Shown here: in pieces, positions 1-9,717 of the stretch
How the letters are laid out: each line of letters opens with the position of its first letter
Position numbering within the stretch: position 1 is the first letter of the stretch
Source: Minisyncoccota bacterium
GTDB taxonomy: Bacteria > Patescibacteriota > Minisyncoccia > Phycocordibacterales > PALSA-1337
DNA: 64,000 nucleotides
Assembly: GCA_041671485.1 (NCBI GenBank)
Contig: JBAZBL010000001.1
Location: forward strand, 23,037 to 87,036
Direction: 5' to 3'
Position numbers and translations under genes: made by a program
The notes under the pieces: generated by a model
What the model saw: only the letters and a program-made list of their open reading frames with translations
The model's database searches: none
Told to the model about the DNA's origin: nothing

Positions 1-2
1 TT

Positions 3-3000
3 TTTATTTCAATAAACTACACATATGCGAAAGACGAAAATAATTTTTATACAGATAATAATTCATCAAAATTTCTTGCGGCCACTAGTGGCTTATGGGG
101 TACAATAAAAGGCTTGTTTAGTTCAACTCCACAAGTATTGTCAGTACGACAAGCAGGGCGAATGGTATTGTATGGTACTAATTTCACTTCGGGAGATAAT
201 GCAGTAAAATTTATAAGTAATGATACAGGGAAAGAATATGAAGTTCTAGAGATACCAAGTAGTGATGGCGTCTCTATAGCATTCAATGTTCCTGTTGATG
301 TTATTCCTGGCACATATACAGTCAAAGCTGGCGCATTCAATAGTGATTGGTCAAATACTCTAACTTTCAATGTTTTGGGAGCTCAAGCGCCAACTCTCTC
401 ATTTACCGCTACTCCATCGGCAGTATTACTTGGTCAGTCTTCAACAATAAGTTGGATATCTTCTGGCGCCTCGTCATGCGCTGGTGAAAGCGAATTGGAT
501 AAATTGCCAACTGAATGGAAAAGTCCAGGACTAACTGGCTCTTTCTCTTTCACTCCTTCTGAAAATGCTTCATTTACACTCACTTGTACCGGACCGGGTG
601 GTAATGTAACAAAGACAGTTAGTATATCAGTCGGGAACTTCGCTGGTCCGATCGTCTCATTAAATGCCACTTCAAAAAATATAACAGAAGGTCAAGGCAC
701 AACTCTTTCATGGAGTACTGCTAGGGTTTCAAGTTGTTATGGTTCAGGAACAGGAGACAGCGCCACACTTTCAAAATGGAATAAAACACAGCCAATCACT
801 GGATCTCTCTATATTACACCTAGTCAAAATTCATCTCTTTCTCTTGTGTGCGCAGGAAATGGTAGTTCAGCAACAGCAACATCAACGATTACCATAAATG
901 TTGTTCAACCACCGCCTGTACCAGAAATCACTGCTTCTTGCACCAGAGTTCCAAATAGTCCAACCAGTACATATGATACAGCAATTAAATATACGGCAAA
1001 TCCGTCTGGTGGAAATGGTACTTATACATATCTTTGGAACGGAACAGATGGTTTATCTGGAAATAGTCAATCAGTTACTTTTAATTATTATAATCCTCTT
1101 GGCCAAAGAACAACGACCAAAACAGCCAATGTAAAAATTTCATCGGGTGACAAAAATATCACTATTCAATGTCCATCAATCATAATTAATGATTCACTTG
1201 GTCGAGCAACTGGTTCTATTCCGCCATACATTGCTAGTATTAGTCCTTCCTCCGGACCAACTGGTACAGTTATTACATTATCAACAGGACCGATAAGTGG
1301 CGCGAGTGGATCATTTGATATAAAACAACATTCTGTTTTCATTAGAAATGGTAATAATACAATATATGCTCAACCTTCTTTGACTAATACTGGATACTGT
1401 ACACCGGGAATAATTGCCACACAATGTAGCACTTTAACATTTACATTACCTCAAATATTATCTGCAATAAACGGTACAGTTTATAGTGTTGGCGTATTTA
1501 CACATGGTGGTGGGTCTTCTTTCGAGAGTAATGCTATCAATTTTACTCTTGGATCTATTCCAACACCAATACCAAACATTACTTCTATTACACCAAATAG
1601 TGGAAATATAAATACAAGTGTAATATTAAAAGGAAGCAATTTTTCTGCCGACACTACAGTCCAAATATCACAAGCGAGTGAGACATATTCAATTAGACCA
1701 ACATATGCTCCAGCTTCATATCCAAACCCTGCCACTCTCACATTCAATTTTTTTCCTACTTCTGGTAAAAGTGGTCCATATGCTGTAAAAGCAAATAATA
1801 AAGGTGTTTTTGGTAATGCAGTATTATTTCAAATGACAGCAAGTACACCAACGCTTCAATTGTCTGCAATACCATCTACTATCAATATAGGATCTGGGCA
1901 ACAGATAGTGGTCAATTGGTCGGCAACAAATGTTTCTTCATGCAAAGGCGATACCAGTAATTTCAATCCTTCACCTATATGGAGAAATCCGGGAAGTTCT
2001 GGATCATTCTCATTTTCTCCTTCCGATTCTACTGTATTGACACTAACATGTGTTGGAGATGGTGGCAGTGTAACAAAGAATGTATCCATAAATGTTATTC
2101 CATTGGCTACAGCTCCGAGTATCGATCCTTTTACTTCATCTTTGTATCCGGGGACTATAACGATAAGAGGTAGAGAATTTGATACAACTGGTCCAAATAG
2201 TGTTAGGTTTGTAAAGATATCAGGATCAGATTTCGAGAGATGGTCCGATGTTACTACTAACAATGCCAATTATCTCTCTGTAACATTCAGTGATCTTCGT
2301 CCCGGCACATATCAAGTGACAGTATCGAACAAAAATGGTATTAGTGCTTCTGCAACTCTTGTAATTGAGGCTACCCCAGAACAAGTTATTACACCGCCAG
2401 TTGTTATACCGACAATACCAGTACCATCACTTTATCTAAGATTATCTCAATTGATAGTCACGTCTACAAGTCAACCAATAACGGTATCGTGGTCTTCTGT
2501 AAATGCAACATCATGTATATTTTCAACTGATAATAAAGGAGATTACTGGTCAGGAATAGTTGGTCAAGTTGAAACCTCTGGTAGTCTAACTGGAACTTCT
2601 GACTCCAATACCTCTTTTACTGTTTCGTGTACAGGTGCTGGAGGTTCTACTACAAGAACTGGTTCTGTCGAAGTTAGGATAACAGATCCAGCTACACCTC
2701 CTACAGTCACACTTACCGCCGACCCTCTTATTGTTCCGCCTAGTGAGAAAGATGGCGAACCTGTGACTATAACTTGGTCATCAACAAATGCGTCGGCCTG
2801 TACACTCAATGCAATAGGTGGAGAAAAAAGCAGCGATGGATGGGGAGGCTATCTTGGTCCAATTGATTTATCAGGTAGTTTTACAGGAAATACGGCATTT
2901 GATACAGCATTTACGGTTACTTGTACTGGAGCTGGTGGTACAGCTTCAAAAACGGTTAGTGTAACTGTTGGTACAGGATCAATGCTACAAAGATTGAATA

Positions 3001-3065
3001 TGGCTCAAATACTTCAATCATTAGAATGGAATCCGTTTATATTTATCAGGAATATATTCAAATAA
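3..3065 (+). CDS. Large Ser/Thr/Gly-rich surface protein with repeated IPT/TIG and PKD/Ig-like beta-sandwich domains (5' end outside the window)
   Basis: The frame is open from base 3. Repeated 'W(S/T)S.NA.SC...G..S...T.TLTC.G.GG' modules and IPT-like 'P.ITSITPNSG...V.L.G.NF' motifs are present. Confidence 0.75.
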   Translation, partial: FISINYTYAKDENNFYTDNNSSKFLAATSGLWGTIKGLFSSTPQVLSVRQAGRMVLYGTNFTSGDNAVKFISNDTGKEYEVLEIPSSDGVSIAFNVPVDVIPGTYTVKAGAFNSDWSNTLTFNVLGAQAPTLSFTATPSAVLLGQSSTISWISSGASSCAGESELDKLPTEWKSPGLTGSFSFTPSENASFTLTCTGPGGNVTKTVSISVGNFAGPIVSLNATSKNITEGQGTTLSWSTARVSSCYGSGTGDSATLSKWNKTQPITGSLYITPSQNSSLSLVCAGNGSSATATSTITINVVQPPPVPEITASCTRVPNSPTSTYDTAIKYTANPSGGNGTYTYLWNGTDGLSGNSQSVTFNYYNPLGQRTTTKTANVKISSGDKNITIQCPSIIINDSLGRATGSIPPYIASISPSSGPTGTVITLSTGPISGASGSFDIKQHSVFIRNGNNTIYAQPSLTNTGYCTPGIIATQCSTLTFTLPQILSAINGTVYSVGVFTHGGGSSFESNAINFTLGSIPTPIPNITSITPNSGNINTSVILKGSNFSADTTVQISQASETYSIRPTYAPASYPNPATLTFNFFPTSGKSGPYAVKANNKGVFGNAVLFQMTASTPTLQLSAIPSTINIGSGQQIVVNWSATNVSSCKGDTSNFNPSPIWRNPGSSGSFSFSPSDSTVLTLTCVGDGGSVTKNVSINVIPLATAPSIDPFTSSLYPGTITIRGREFDTTGPNSVRFVKISGSDFERWSDVTTNNANYLSVTFSDLRPGTYQVTVSNKNGISASATLVIEATPEQVITPPVVIPTIPVPSLYLRLSQLIVTSTSQPITVSWSSVNATSCIFSTDNKGDYWSGIVGQVETSGSLTGTSDSNTSFTVSCTGAGGSTTRTGSVEVRITDPATPPTVTLTADPLIVPPSEKDGEPVTITWSSTNASACTLNAIGGEKSSDGWGGYLGPIDLSGSFTGNTAFDTAFTVTCTGAGGTASKTVSVTVGTGSMLQRLNMAQILQSLEWNPFIFIRNIFK

Positions 3066-3121
3066 CATCGAGCTTGACTCATATAACATATATCTGCTAA
3101 TATACACAAACGCGCAAAGCG

Positions 3122-3343
3122 ATGAATAAAGCGCCCAATCCAAAAGAAATAGTTACCGGCATAATCACGGAAGCATTGCCGGATACTTTGTTTCGAGTAG
3201 AACTCGGAACATCGAAAGAGATAATTCTTGCATATTTAGCAGGAAAGATGAGGATGCATCGTATTCGAGTCTTGGTTGGGGATAAAGTCGAACTTGAGTT
3301 AGATAAGTATGGTGGTAAAGCTCGTATTACAAAAAGAATATAA
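3122..3343 (+). CDS. infA: Translation initiation factor IF-1
   Basis: G.ITEALP...FRVEL...LAYLAGKMRMHRIRVLVGDKV motif; lies just before rpmJ. Confidence 0.97.
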   Translation: MNKAPNPKEIVTGIITEALPDTLFRVELGTSKEIILAYLAGKMRMHRIRVLVGDKVELELDKYGGKARITKRI

Positions 3344-3370
3344 GTTAGCAAACAGAAATTTCAATAAAGT

Positions 3371-3487
3371 ATGAAGGTAAAAGCCTCGGTCAAGAAAATA
3401 TGTTCTAAATGCAAAGTCGTCCGCCGTAACGGATATGTTTGTGTAACTTGCAAGGCAAATCCTAGACATAAACAGAGACAAGGATAA
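3371..3487 (+). CDS. rpmJ: 50S ribosomal protein L36
   Basis: Translated by hand as [38 protein letters not shown]; too short for the ORF track. Confidence 0.97.
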   Translation: MKVKASVKKICSKCKVVRRNGYVCVTCKANPRHKQRQG

Positions 3488-3495
3488 TAAAATAT

Positions 3496-3876
3496 ATGAG
3501 AATATCAGGTATAACACTTCCAGAAAATAAAAGAATAGAAATTGCTCTCACGGCAATATATGGTATAGGTCGTTCTAGAGCAAAGCATATACTTTTGCTT
3601 ACAAAGATTGATGCTGGTATGAAACCAGGTCAAATATCGGTTGAGCAAGAAAACTCTATCAAAAAGCTCATAGAAAAATTCAAAATTGAAGGTGATCTAA
3701 AGCGTGAAATCGGAGGTAATATCAAAAGACTAAAAGACATCAAATCATATCGAGGACTTCGTCATGCTAGACATTTACCAGTGAGAGGACAGAGAACAAA
3801 GACCAATTCTAGGACAGTGAGGGGCAATGTGAGAAAGACTATGGGTTCAGGGAAGAGAAAAGAAGAAAAGACATAA
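3496..3876 (+). CDS. rpsM: 30S ribosomal protein S13
   Basis: ALTAIYGIG and YRGLRH..HLPVRGQRTKTN motifs. Confidence 0.98.
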   Translation: MRISGITLPENKRIEIALTAIYGIGRSRAKHILLLTKIDAGMKPGQISVEQENSIKKLIEKFKIEGDLKREIGGNIKRLKDIKSYRGLRHARHLPVRGQRTKTNSRTVRGNVRKTMGSGKRKEEKT

Positions 3877-3890
3877 AATAATATATTCAA

Positions 3891-4322
3891 ATGGGTAAAA
3901 AAAGGATTGTAACAACAGGAAATAATGAAAGTGATGGAGGCAAGTCAAAGACTACTTCATCTTCTTCGAAGAAAAAAACCGAATACGGTATTTTGCATGT
4001 ACAATCAACTTATAATAATACAAAAGTGCTTTTGACAGACAAAAGTGGTAATGCACTTATGTGGGGATCGAGCGGAGCATCTGGTTTTCGTGGAGCAAAG
4101 AAGGGTACTCCTTTTGCTGCAGCCAAAGTAGGAGAGACCCTGGGTGCTAAAGCAGTGGATATAGGACTAAAAGAGATTGACGTTATAGTCAAAGGTGTTG
4201 GTTCTGGACGAGAGTCTGCAATAAGGGGGTTTATAGGTAAAGGATTTAATATCAATTCCATAAAAGATGAGACACCTGTACCATTCAATGGACCAAAGCC
4301 AAAGAAGCCAAGACGAGTATAA
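3891..4322 (+). CDS. rpsK: 30S ribosomal protein S11
   Basis: STYNNT, GFRGAKKGTPFAA, VKGVGSGRESA and DETPVPFNG motifs. Confidence 0.98.
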   Translation: MGKKRIVTTGNNESDGGKSKTTSSSSKKKTEYGILHVQSTYNNTKVLLTDKSGNALMWGSSGASGFRGAKKGTPFAAAKVGETLGAKAVDIGLKEIDVIVKGVGSGRESAIRGFIGKGFNINSIKDETPVPFNGPKPKKPRRV

Positions 4323-4328
4323 AATACC

Positions 4329-4934
4329 ATGCAAATAGGACCAAGATACAAAAAAGCAAGATACCTAGGAGCGCCAGTCTTCCGAAAGACGCAAACGCAA
4401 AAGTTTGCTATGCGATCGCAAAAGAAAACAAAGGTTAGGAGAGGACGTGGTGGCAAAAGCGAATACGGTCAACAATTGTTAGAAAAACAAAAAGCAAGAT
4501 ACAGCTATGGTGTTTCTAGTGGTCAATTCACAAATTATGTAAAGAAAGCTCTCAAGTCAACAGGTGACAATTCTCGCAATCTTCTGAAACTATTGGAAGG
4601 ACGATTAGATAATATAGTATTGCGTGCCAACTTTGCCCTAAGCAGGTTTGCAGCGAGACAAATGGTCTCTCACGGCCATATTATGGTTAATGATAAAATA
4701 GTTACGATCCCTTCATACGAAGTCAAGATTGGTGACAAGATATCTATTCGCGAAGGTAGTAAAAAGAAGGGAATATTCACAGATCTGGATCAAAATCTCA
4801 TCAATTTGCAAACACCAGAGTGGATAAAGGTCGATACAAAGAAGAGAGAAATAGCAATAGCAAGTGAACCATCTGTAGATATGAGTGAATTGCTATTTGA
4901 CGTTCGGTCAGTACTAGAATTCTATACACGCTAG
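4329..4934 (+). CDS. rpsD: 30S ribosomal protein S4
   Basis: SEYGQQLLEKQK, LEGRLDN and ARQMVSHGH motifs; C-terminal EFYTR. Confidence 0.98.
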   Translation: MQIGPRYKKARYLGAPVFRKTQTQKFAMRSQKKTKVRRGRGGKSEYGQQLLEKQKARYSYGVSSGQFTNYVKKALKSTGDNSRNLLKLLEGRLDNIVLRANFALSRFAARQMVSHGHIMVNDKIVTIPSYEVKIGDKISIREGSKKKGIFTDLDQNLINLQTPEWIKVDTKKREIAIASEPSVDMSELLFDVRSVLEFYTR

Positions 4935-5011
4935 ACTAAGTCAATTTTTAGTGTATAATTATATGTCCATTTGCATTTTTAATAAAAATCTTAATTTTAA
5001 TAAAATATAAT

Positions 5012-5992
5012 ATGAAATACGACCTTATTTTGCCATCAAAACCAAAAGTAGTTAAAGAAGACGGTATTGTTGGAATCTATGAGATAGATGGCCTATCTCC
5101 TGGATATGGCCATACTCTCGGCAATTCTTTGAGACGGATTATCCTATCATCTCTTCCTGGAGCTGCTATAACCAAAGTCAAAATAAAGGGTGTAGATCAT
5201 GAATTTTCTGTGATAAATGGTGTTAAAGAAGATGTTATAACGATTCTCCTAAATATAAAGAAACTCCGTGTTCGCATAGATACTGATGAACCTCAAAATT
5301 TGCGTATAAAGGTGAAGGGCATTTCATCTATTGATGCCAAGGATATTGAAGCACCTGGCCAAGTAGAGATCCTAAATAAAGACCAGAATATTGCTACTCT
5401 AACAGAAAAGTCTTCTGAACTCGATATAGAGATGACAGCAGAGAAGGGTCTCGGATATGTGCAAAAAGAAATCTTACAGAAAGAGCGAGTTGATATAGGT
5501 TCAATAACACTTGATGCTGCATTCACGCCTATCCGAAAAGCAAATTATGAAGTTGAAAATATGCGTGTTGGTGATAGAACAGACTACAATCGTCTAAGGG
5601 TTATGATAGAAACTGATGGATCGATAACTCCAAGGGAGGCACTGGAAAGGTCTATAGAAATAATGATCAATCAATTGAAGTCAATAATTGGTTTCAGAGA
5701 GGGGGATGAAAAAACAGGAGAAACAGAAAGTGAAAAAGAATTGGCAAAAAGCAAACGTGAATCCAACAAAGCAAAGAATGAGCTTGGGGCGGATCTCTTG
5801 AAGACAAGGATTGACTCTATGGATCTATCATCTAGAACGACAAAAGCATTGGCTGGAGCAAATATACATACTCTAGGAGGCCTTTCGAGGAAGAAGGAGG
5901 CTGACATTATGGATGTCGATGGTTTGGGTGCAAAAGGAATGCAGGAAATCAAAAAACTTTTAGCTCAATATAGTATTACATTGAGACAATAA
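5012..5992 (+). CDS. rpoA: DNA-directed RNA polymerase subunit alpha
   Basis: GYGHTLGNSLRRIILSSLPGAA, HEFS..GVKED and VENMRVG.RTDY motifs. Confidence 0.98.
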   Translation: MKYDLILPSKPKVVKEDGIVGIYEIDGLSPGYGHTLGNSLRRIILSSLPGAAITKVKIKGVDHEFSVINGVKEDVITILLNIKKLRVRIDTDEPQNLRIKVKGISSIDAKDIEAPGQVEILNKDQNIATLTEKSSELDIEMTAEKGLGYVQKEILQKERVDIGSITLDAAFTPIRKANYEVENMRVGDRTDYNRLRVMIETDGSITPREALERSIEIMINQLKSIIGFREGDEKTGETESEKELAKSKRESNKAKNELGADLLKTRIDSMDLSSRTTKALAGANIHTLGGLSRKKEADIMDVDGLGAKGMQEIKKLLAQYSITLRQ

Positions 5993-5996
5993 TAAA

Positions 5997-6347
5997 ATGA
6001 GACATCATAGTAATACAAGGAAATTTGGTAGAGAGAAGAATCAACGCGCGGCTTTATTGCGTTCTCTAGCACGCAACTTGATACGAGATGGACGTATAAA
6101 AACAACATTAGCAAAAGCAAAAGAATTGAGACCGATGGTAGAAAAGATGGTAACAAAGGCAAAGGTTGTTACTGTCGCTTCTAGGAGACTCATATCTTCT
6201 AGATTGAGAGGAGTAGAAGAGACAAAGAAACTTTTTAGCGAATTGGGACCAAAATATATTTCGAGAAAAGGTGGTTATACGAGGATTATCCGTATGCCAA
6301 ATAGAGATAAAGACAATAGCTCTATGGCACTTATCGAATTTGTCTAA
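5997..6347 (+). CDS. rplQ: 50S ribosomal protein L17
   Basis: MRH...RKFGR...R, IKTTLAKAKELR and GGYTRII motifs. Confidence 0.98.
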   Translation: MRHHSNTRKFGREKNQRAALLRSLARNLIRDGRIKTTLAKAKELRPMVEKMVTKAKVVTVASRRLISSRLRGVEETKKLFSELGPKYISRKGGYTRIIRMPNRDKDNSSMALIEFV

Positions 6348-6348
6348 T

Positions 6349-6693
6349 ATGAAATATACAATAGATGCAAATGGGAAAAAGATAGGCAGAGTTGCAAGTG
6401 AAGCAGCTTCAATTTTGATGGGGAAAAACTCTGTAGAATTTGCAAAAAATAAAGTTCCCGATTGTACAGTAGAGATTATCAATGCTTCAAAGGCAGATAT
6501 CAATACAAAGAAAAAGACTGATGATGTCTATATAACATATACGGGTTTTCGAGGAGGTTTGAAAGAACAAACTCTTGGAGAATTGATAGTTAGGAGAGGT
6601 ATGGATGAAGTATTCCGAAGAGCAGTAGAAAATATGTTACCAAAGAATAAGCTTCAAAAGCTGATGATTAAAAATCTATTTGTAAAAGAATAG
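6349..6693 (+). CDS. rplM: 50S ribosomal protein L13 (short form)
   Basis: IDANGKKIGRVAS..A.ILMGK and AV.NMLPKNKL motifs; start placed at ATG 6349 after the rplQ stop. Confidence 0.95.
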   Translation: MKYTIDANGKKIGRVASEAASILMGKNSVEFAKNKVPDCTVEIINASKADINTKKKTDDVYITYTGFRGGLKEQTLGELIVRRGMDEVFRRAVENMLPKNKLQKLMIKNLFVKE

Positions 6694-6703
6694 TATCAAT
6701 AAA

Positions 6704-7114
6704 ATGTCTACAAAGGTAATAGATAATAAATATTATGAGGCAGTAGGACGCAGGAAGACTGCTATTGCAAGAGTACGTCTCTTCTTGAATTCCGCAAATT
6801 CTTTTGTAATAAATGATAAGACTCTAGAAACATATTTTCCAGTTCGTGAAATGCGAATGATTGCAAGTGAAGCATTAAAAAACTCCAAAGTATCTGAAAA
6901 ATTCAAAGTGAGTGTAAAAGTCTATGGAGGAGGTCTTGCTTCTCAAGCAGAGGCTATGAGACATGGTATTGCAAGAGCTCTCATCAAATACGATATTCTT
7001 TTGCGTGGACAAGTAAAGAAACTTGGTTATTTGAAGCGTGATCCTAGAGCCAAAGAACGTAGAAAGTTCGGTCTAAAGAAGGCCCGAAAGTCAGCTCAAT
7101 GGTCAAAGCGTTAG
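6704..7114 (+). CDS. rpsI: 30S ribosomal protein S9
   Basis: GRRKTAIARV, GGGLASQAEA and ERRKFGLKKARKSAQWSKR motifs. Confidence 0.98.
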   Translation: MSTKVIDNKYYEAVGRRKTAIARVRLFLNSANSFVINDKTLETYFPVREMRMIASEALKNSKVSEKFKVSVKVYGGGLASQAEAMRHGIARALIKYDILLRGQVKKLGYLKRDPRAKERRKFGLKKARKSAQWSKR

Positions 7115-7136
7115 AATATTTGTTATACTAGGTTTC

Positions 7137-7700
7137 ATGGAAAATGACTCTATAAATATAGTATCAGATGATAGTTTGGACGATTCGGTCGTAGCAGAAG
7201 AACATACAGGAGAAATGATAAAGAAGCTTCGCGAGAAGCTGAAGATCTGTGAAAAAGAAAAACTTGAATATCTAACAGGTTGGCAACGAGCCAAGGCCGA
7301 TCTTATTAATGCTAGAAAAAGAGATGATGATGATCGTAAAGAATTTATCAGATTTGCAAATGAAGGACTTTTGAATGATATACTGCCTGTTCTAGAGAGT
7401 TGGGACTCTGCAATGAATCACAAAGAATCTTGGGAAAAGGGAGATCCGAGCTGGAGGCAGGGGATGGAGTCTATCATAAATCAATTGAAGGGAGTTCTTT
7501 CTAATAATGGTCTAGCAGAGATAAACCCACTAGGAGAGAAGTTTGACCATTCCAAACATGAATCTGTATCACATAAAATAGTTGATGATGCCAAACTCGA
7601 CCAAATGATTCTTGATGTTGTACAAAAAGGTTATTCTCTGGGTGATAAAATATTGAAGCCTGCAAAGGTGGTAGTAGCTGAATACCGGGCTGTAGTATAG
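7137..7700 (+). CDS. grpE: Nucleotide exchange factor GrpE
   Basis: WQRAKADL.N.RKR, FD...HE and QKGY.LG.KIL.PA.VVV motifs. Confidence 0.95.
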   Translation: MENDSINIVSDDSLDDSVVAEEHTGEMIKKLREKLKICEKEKLEYLTGWQRAKADLINARKRDDDDRKEFIRFANEGLLNDILPVLESWDSAMNHKESWEKGDPSWRQGMESIINQLKGVLSNNGLAEINPLGEKFDHSKHESVSHKIVDDAKLDQMILDVVQKGYSLGDKILKPAKVVVAEYRAVV

Positions 7701-7756
7701 CGGTAGTATACACCCATGGGGTGGGTGTAGTCCGGGTTCGACTCCCGGCAGCCCGA
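7686..7756 (+). tRNA. tRNA-Pro(GGG)
   Basis: Acceptor CGGGCTG/CAGCCCG; anticodon arm CACCC-ATGGGGT-GGGTG; T-loop TTCGACT; its first 15 nt overlap the grpE 3' end. Confidence 0.93.
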
Positions 7757-7908
7757 AGGGATGAAACAAGTCGCTAATGCGACTTGTTTAGGGAGGCGAA
7801 AGGGTTTTCGATGTTTGCGAGGACGAGCTTGTCGAGTCCAAGCAAACCGAAAACCACCTGGCGACGTAGTCGCCGACTCCCGGCAGCCCGAAGGGATGAA
7901 ACAAGTCG
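7757..7908 (+). repeat. tRNA-Pro-linked structured element ending in a 35-bp direct duplication (7739-7773 = 7874-7908)
   Basis: CGACTCCCGGCAGCCCGAAGGGATGAAACAAGTCG occurs twice, 135 bp apart, with hairpins in between. Confidence 0.9.
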
Positions 7909-7933
7909 TTTTAACGACTTCCTGGTAGTCCGA

Positions 7934-9502
7934 CTAAAACGAGAAACTAAATGTGCTACCCATTCCAGATCCATCCGACTCTGCCCAAATCTTGCCTTTG
8001 TGACGCTCTATAATGTCTTTGGACATGTATAAACCTATACCCATGCCTTCTGTATATTGAGAACGGGCACGATTGCCACGATAAAATTTACTAAAGAGTA
8101 ATGGTATTTCTTCTTTTGGTACTCCAATACCACTATCCTTGACAGAATAAACAATTGTACCATTGATTGTATTTTTTAGTGATATAACTATAGTACCATT
8201 TTCTTTTGAATAGTGAATTGCATTCTCTAAGAATACCTGAATTACAAATTTTATTCGACTTTCATCACATACTGTATTTACATTTTGATCAAAATTTTTC
8301 TCTATTTGTAGTTTCTTTGCTCCAATTTGATCTTTCAATGAATCCACAATATCTTCAATTAGTGGATTTAGATTAATATTTGTTTTGTGATATTCATATG
8401 ATGCATTGTCAGTCTCTGAAACATTGATAAGTAAATCTGTAAGACCTACAAGCTTTGAATTTGCTTCACGGATATAGTCTATTTGTGTACGGTCTTCTAC
8501 ATTTGAGACTGTTTTATTGAGATTCTCTGCGGCCCATTTGATATGTGTAAGTGGTGTTCTAAATTTGTGTGTAACTGTTGTAATAAATTCGTATTTGAGT
8601 AGATCTTGTTCACGCAATCTACGCCATACGACTATCGCTATACTAACAACAATGATAGATATAATTATCGGTGAAACCCAAATCGGAAAATTCTGATAAT
8701 AGACTTGTGCTAGTCTATTGAAATAATCAAACAATGCTATAACTCCACCAACCAAAGCAATAGCAACGCCATAAAAAAATGCTTGTTTGGCAATAACTTT
8801 TATATCACACAATCCGTATTTCACAGCACCATATATTAAAAATGGTACAGATAGGCCAAGGAATGCCATACCCCAGACAGGGTCTATATGTATATTATAT
8901 ACAAGAAAATTGGCAGTATTTCCTGGAACATAGCCAAAAAACATTGCCAATATAAAATATTTTATTTTATTTCTCCAAAGTGTATCTTCTTTCTTGGCTT
9001 TGAAATATGCAACAATAAGTAAGTACATACAATATGGAAATATCAATACATACATAAATAACATACGAACAAAGTTCAAAACTCCAGGATCATAGTAATT
9101 TGGAAAATACATCTTTGGTATTGATGGGAGCAAGAATGTCTCTGGGAATATAATGAAAAATACAAGCATAGATATGCTAAAAGCATATACTAGAGATATA
9201 CTATATCTACTCTTATATTCTATATTTAGGAATGTTGTGATTCCGTGATAATTGAAAGTAATTATAAAAAAGTTAACTAGGTTGAACATCAATGCAATCT
9301 TAGAAATATTTGGATCGGCAATATTGACGCCTATTACATGGGAAAGGGAAAATATAGCAGCACATAGCATTGTAAGAGCAAGTAGTATAGTAGTCTTTGA
9401 TCTAAAATTATTGAAAAAGAAAAATGAAGCCAAACCAATACCAGCTATTACTGATACAATACTCAAAATATTGTGAATAATTAGATTTATATTTGCATCC
9501 AT
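7934..9502 (-). CDS. Membrane sensor histidine kinase (multi-TM N-terminus, HisKA, HATPase_c)
   Basis: H-box THKFRTPLT; ENAIHYS, DSGIG and GMGIGLY boxes; hydrophobic N-terminal half. Confidence 0.93.
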   Translation of the reverse strand: MDANINLIIHNILSIVSVIAGIGLASFFFFNNFRSKTTILLALTMLCAAIFSLSHVIGVNIADPNISKIALMFNLVNFFIITFNYHGITTFLNIEYKSRYSISLVYAFSISMLVFFIIFPETFLLPSIPKMYFPNYYDPGVLNFVRMLFMYVLIFPYCMYLLIVAYFKAKKEDTLWRNKIKYFILAMFFGYVPGNTANFLVYNIHIDPVWGMAFLGLSVPFLIYGAVKYGLCDIKVIAKQAFFYGVAIALVGGVIALFDYFNRLAQVYYQNFPIWVSPIIISIIVVSIAIVVWRRLREQDLLKYEFITTVTHKFRTPLTHIKWAAENLNKTVSNVEDRTQIDYIREANSKLVGLTDLLINVSETDNASYEYHKTNINLNPLIEDIVDSLKDQIGAKKLQIEKNFDQNVNTVCDESRIKFVIQVFLENAIHYSKENGTIVISLKNTINGTIVYSVKDSGIGVPKEEIPLLFSKFYRGNRARSQYTEGMGIGLYMSKDIIERHKGKIWAESDGSGMGSTFSFSF

Positions 9503-9717
9503 ATTATAAGAGAAATTATAACACTATTTAAACATTGCAAAAAGGTCAAAATTGTGAGACGATGGTTTTTCAAGATATAAATTATGTTTTTCAAGATGAT
9601 CAAATTCTTCTTTTGGATATTGTCGGCAATAGTTGTTTTGCCATGTGTATTTGTTGCAGGAGAATTGTATCCAAAATGGGTTGAATGGGGAGAAAGTTTT
9701 TAAGCTATAATGCAATT

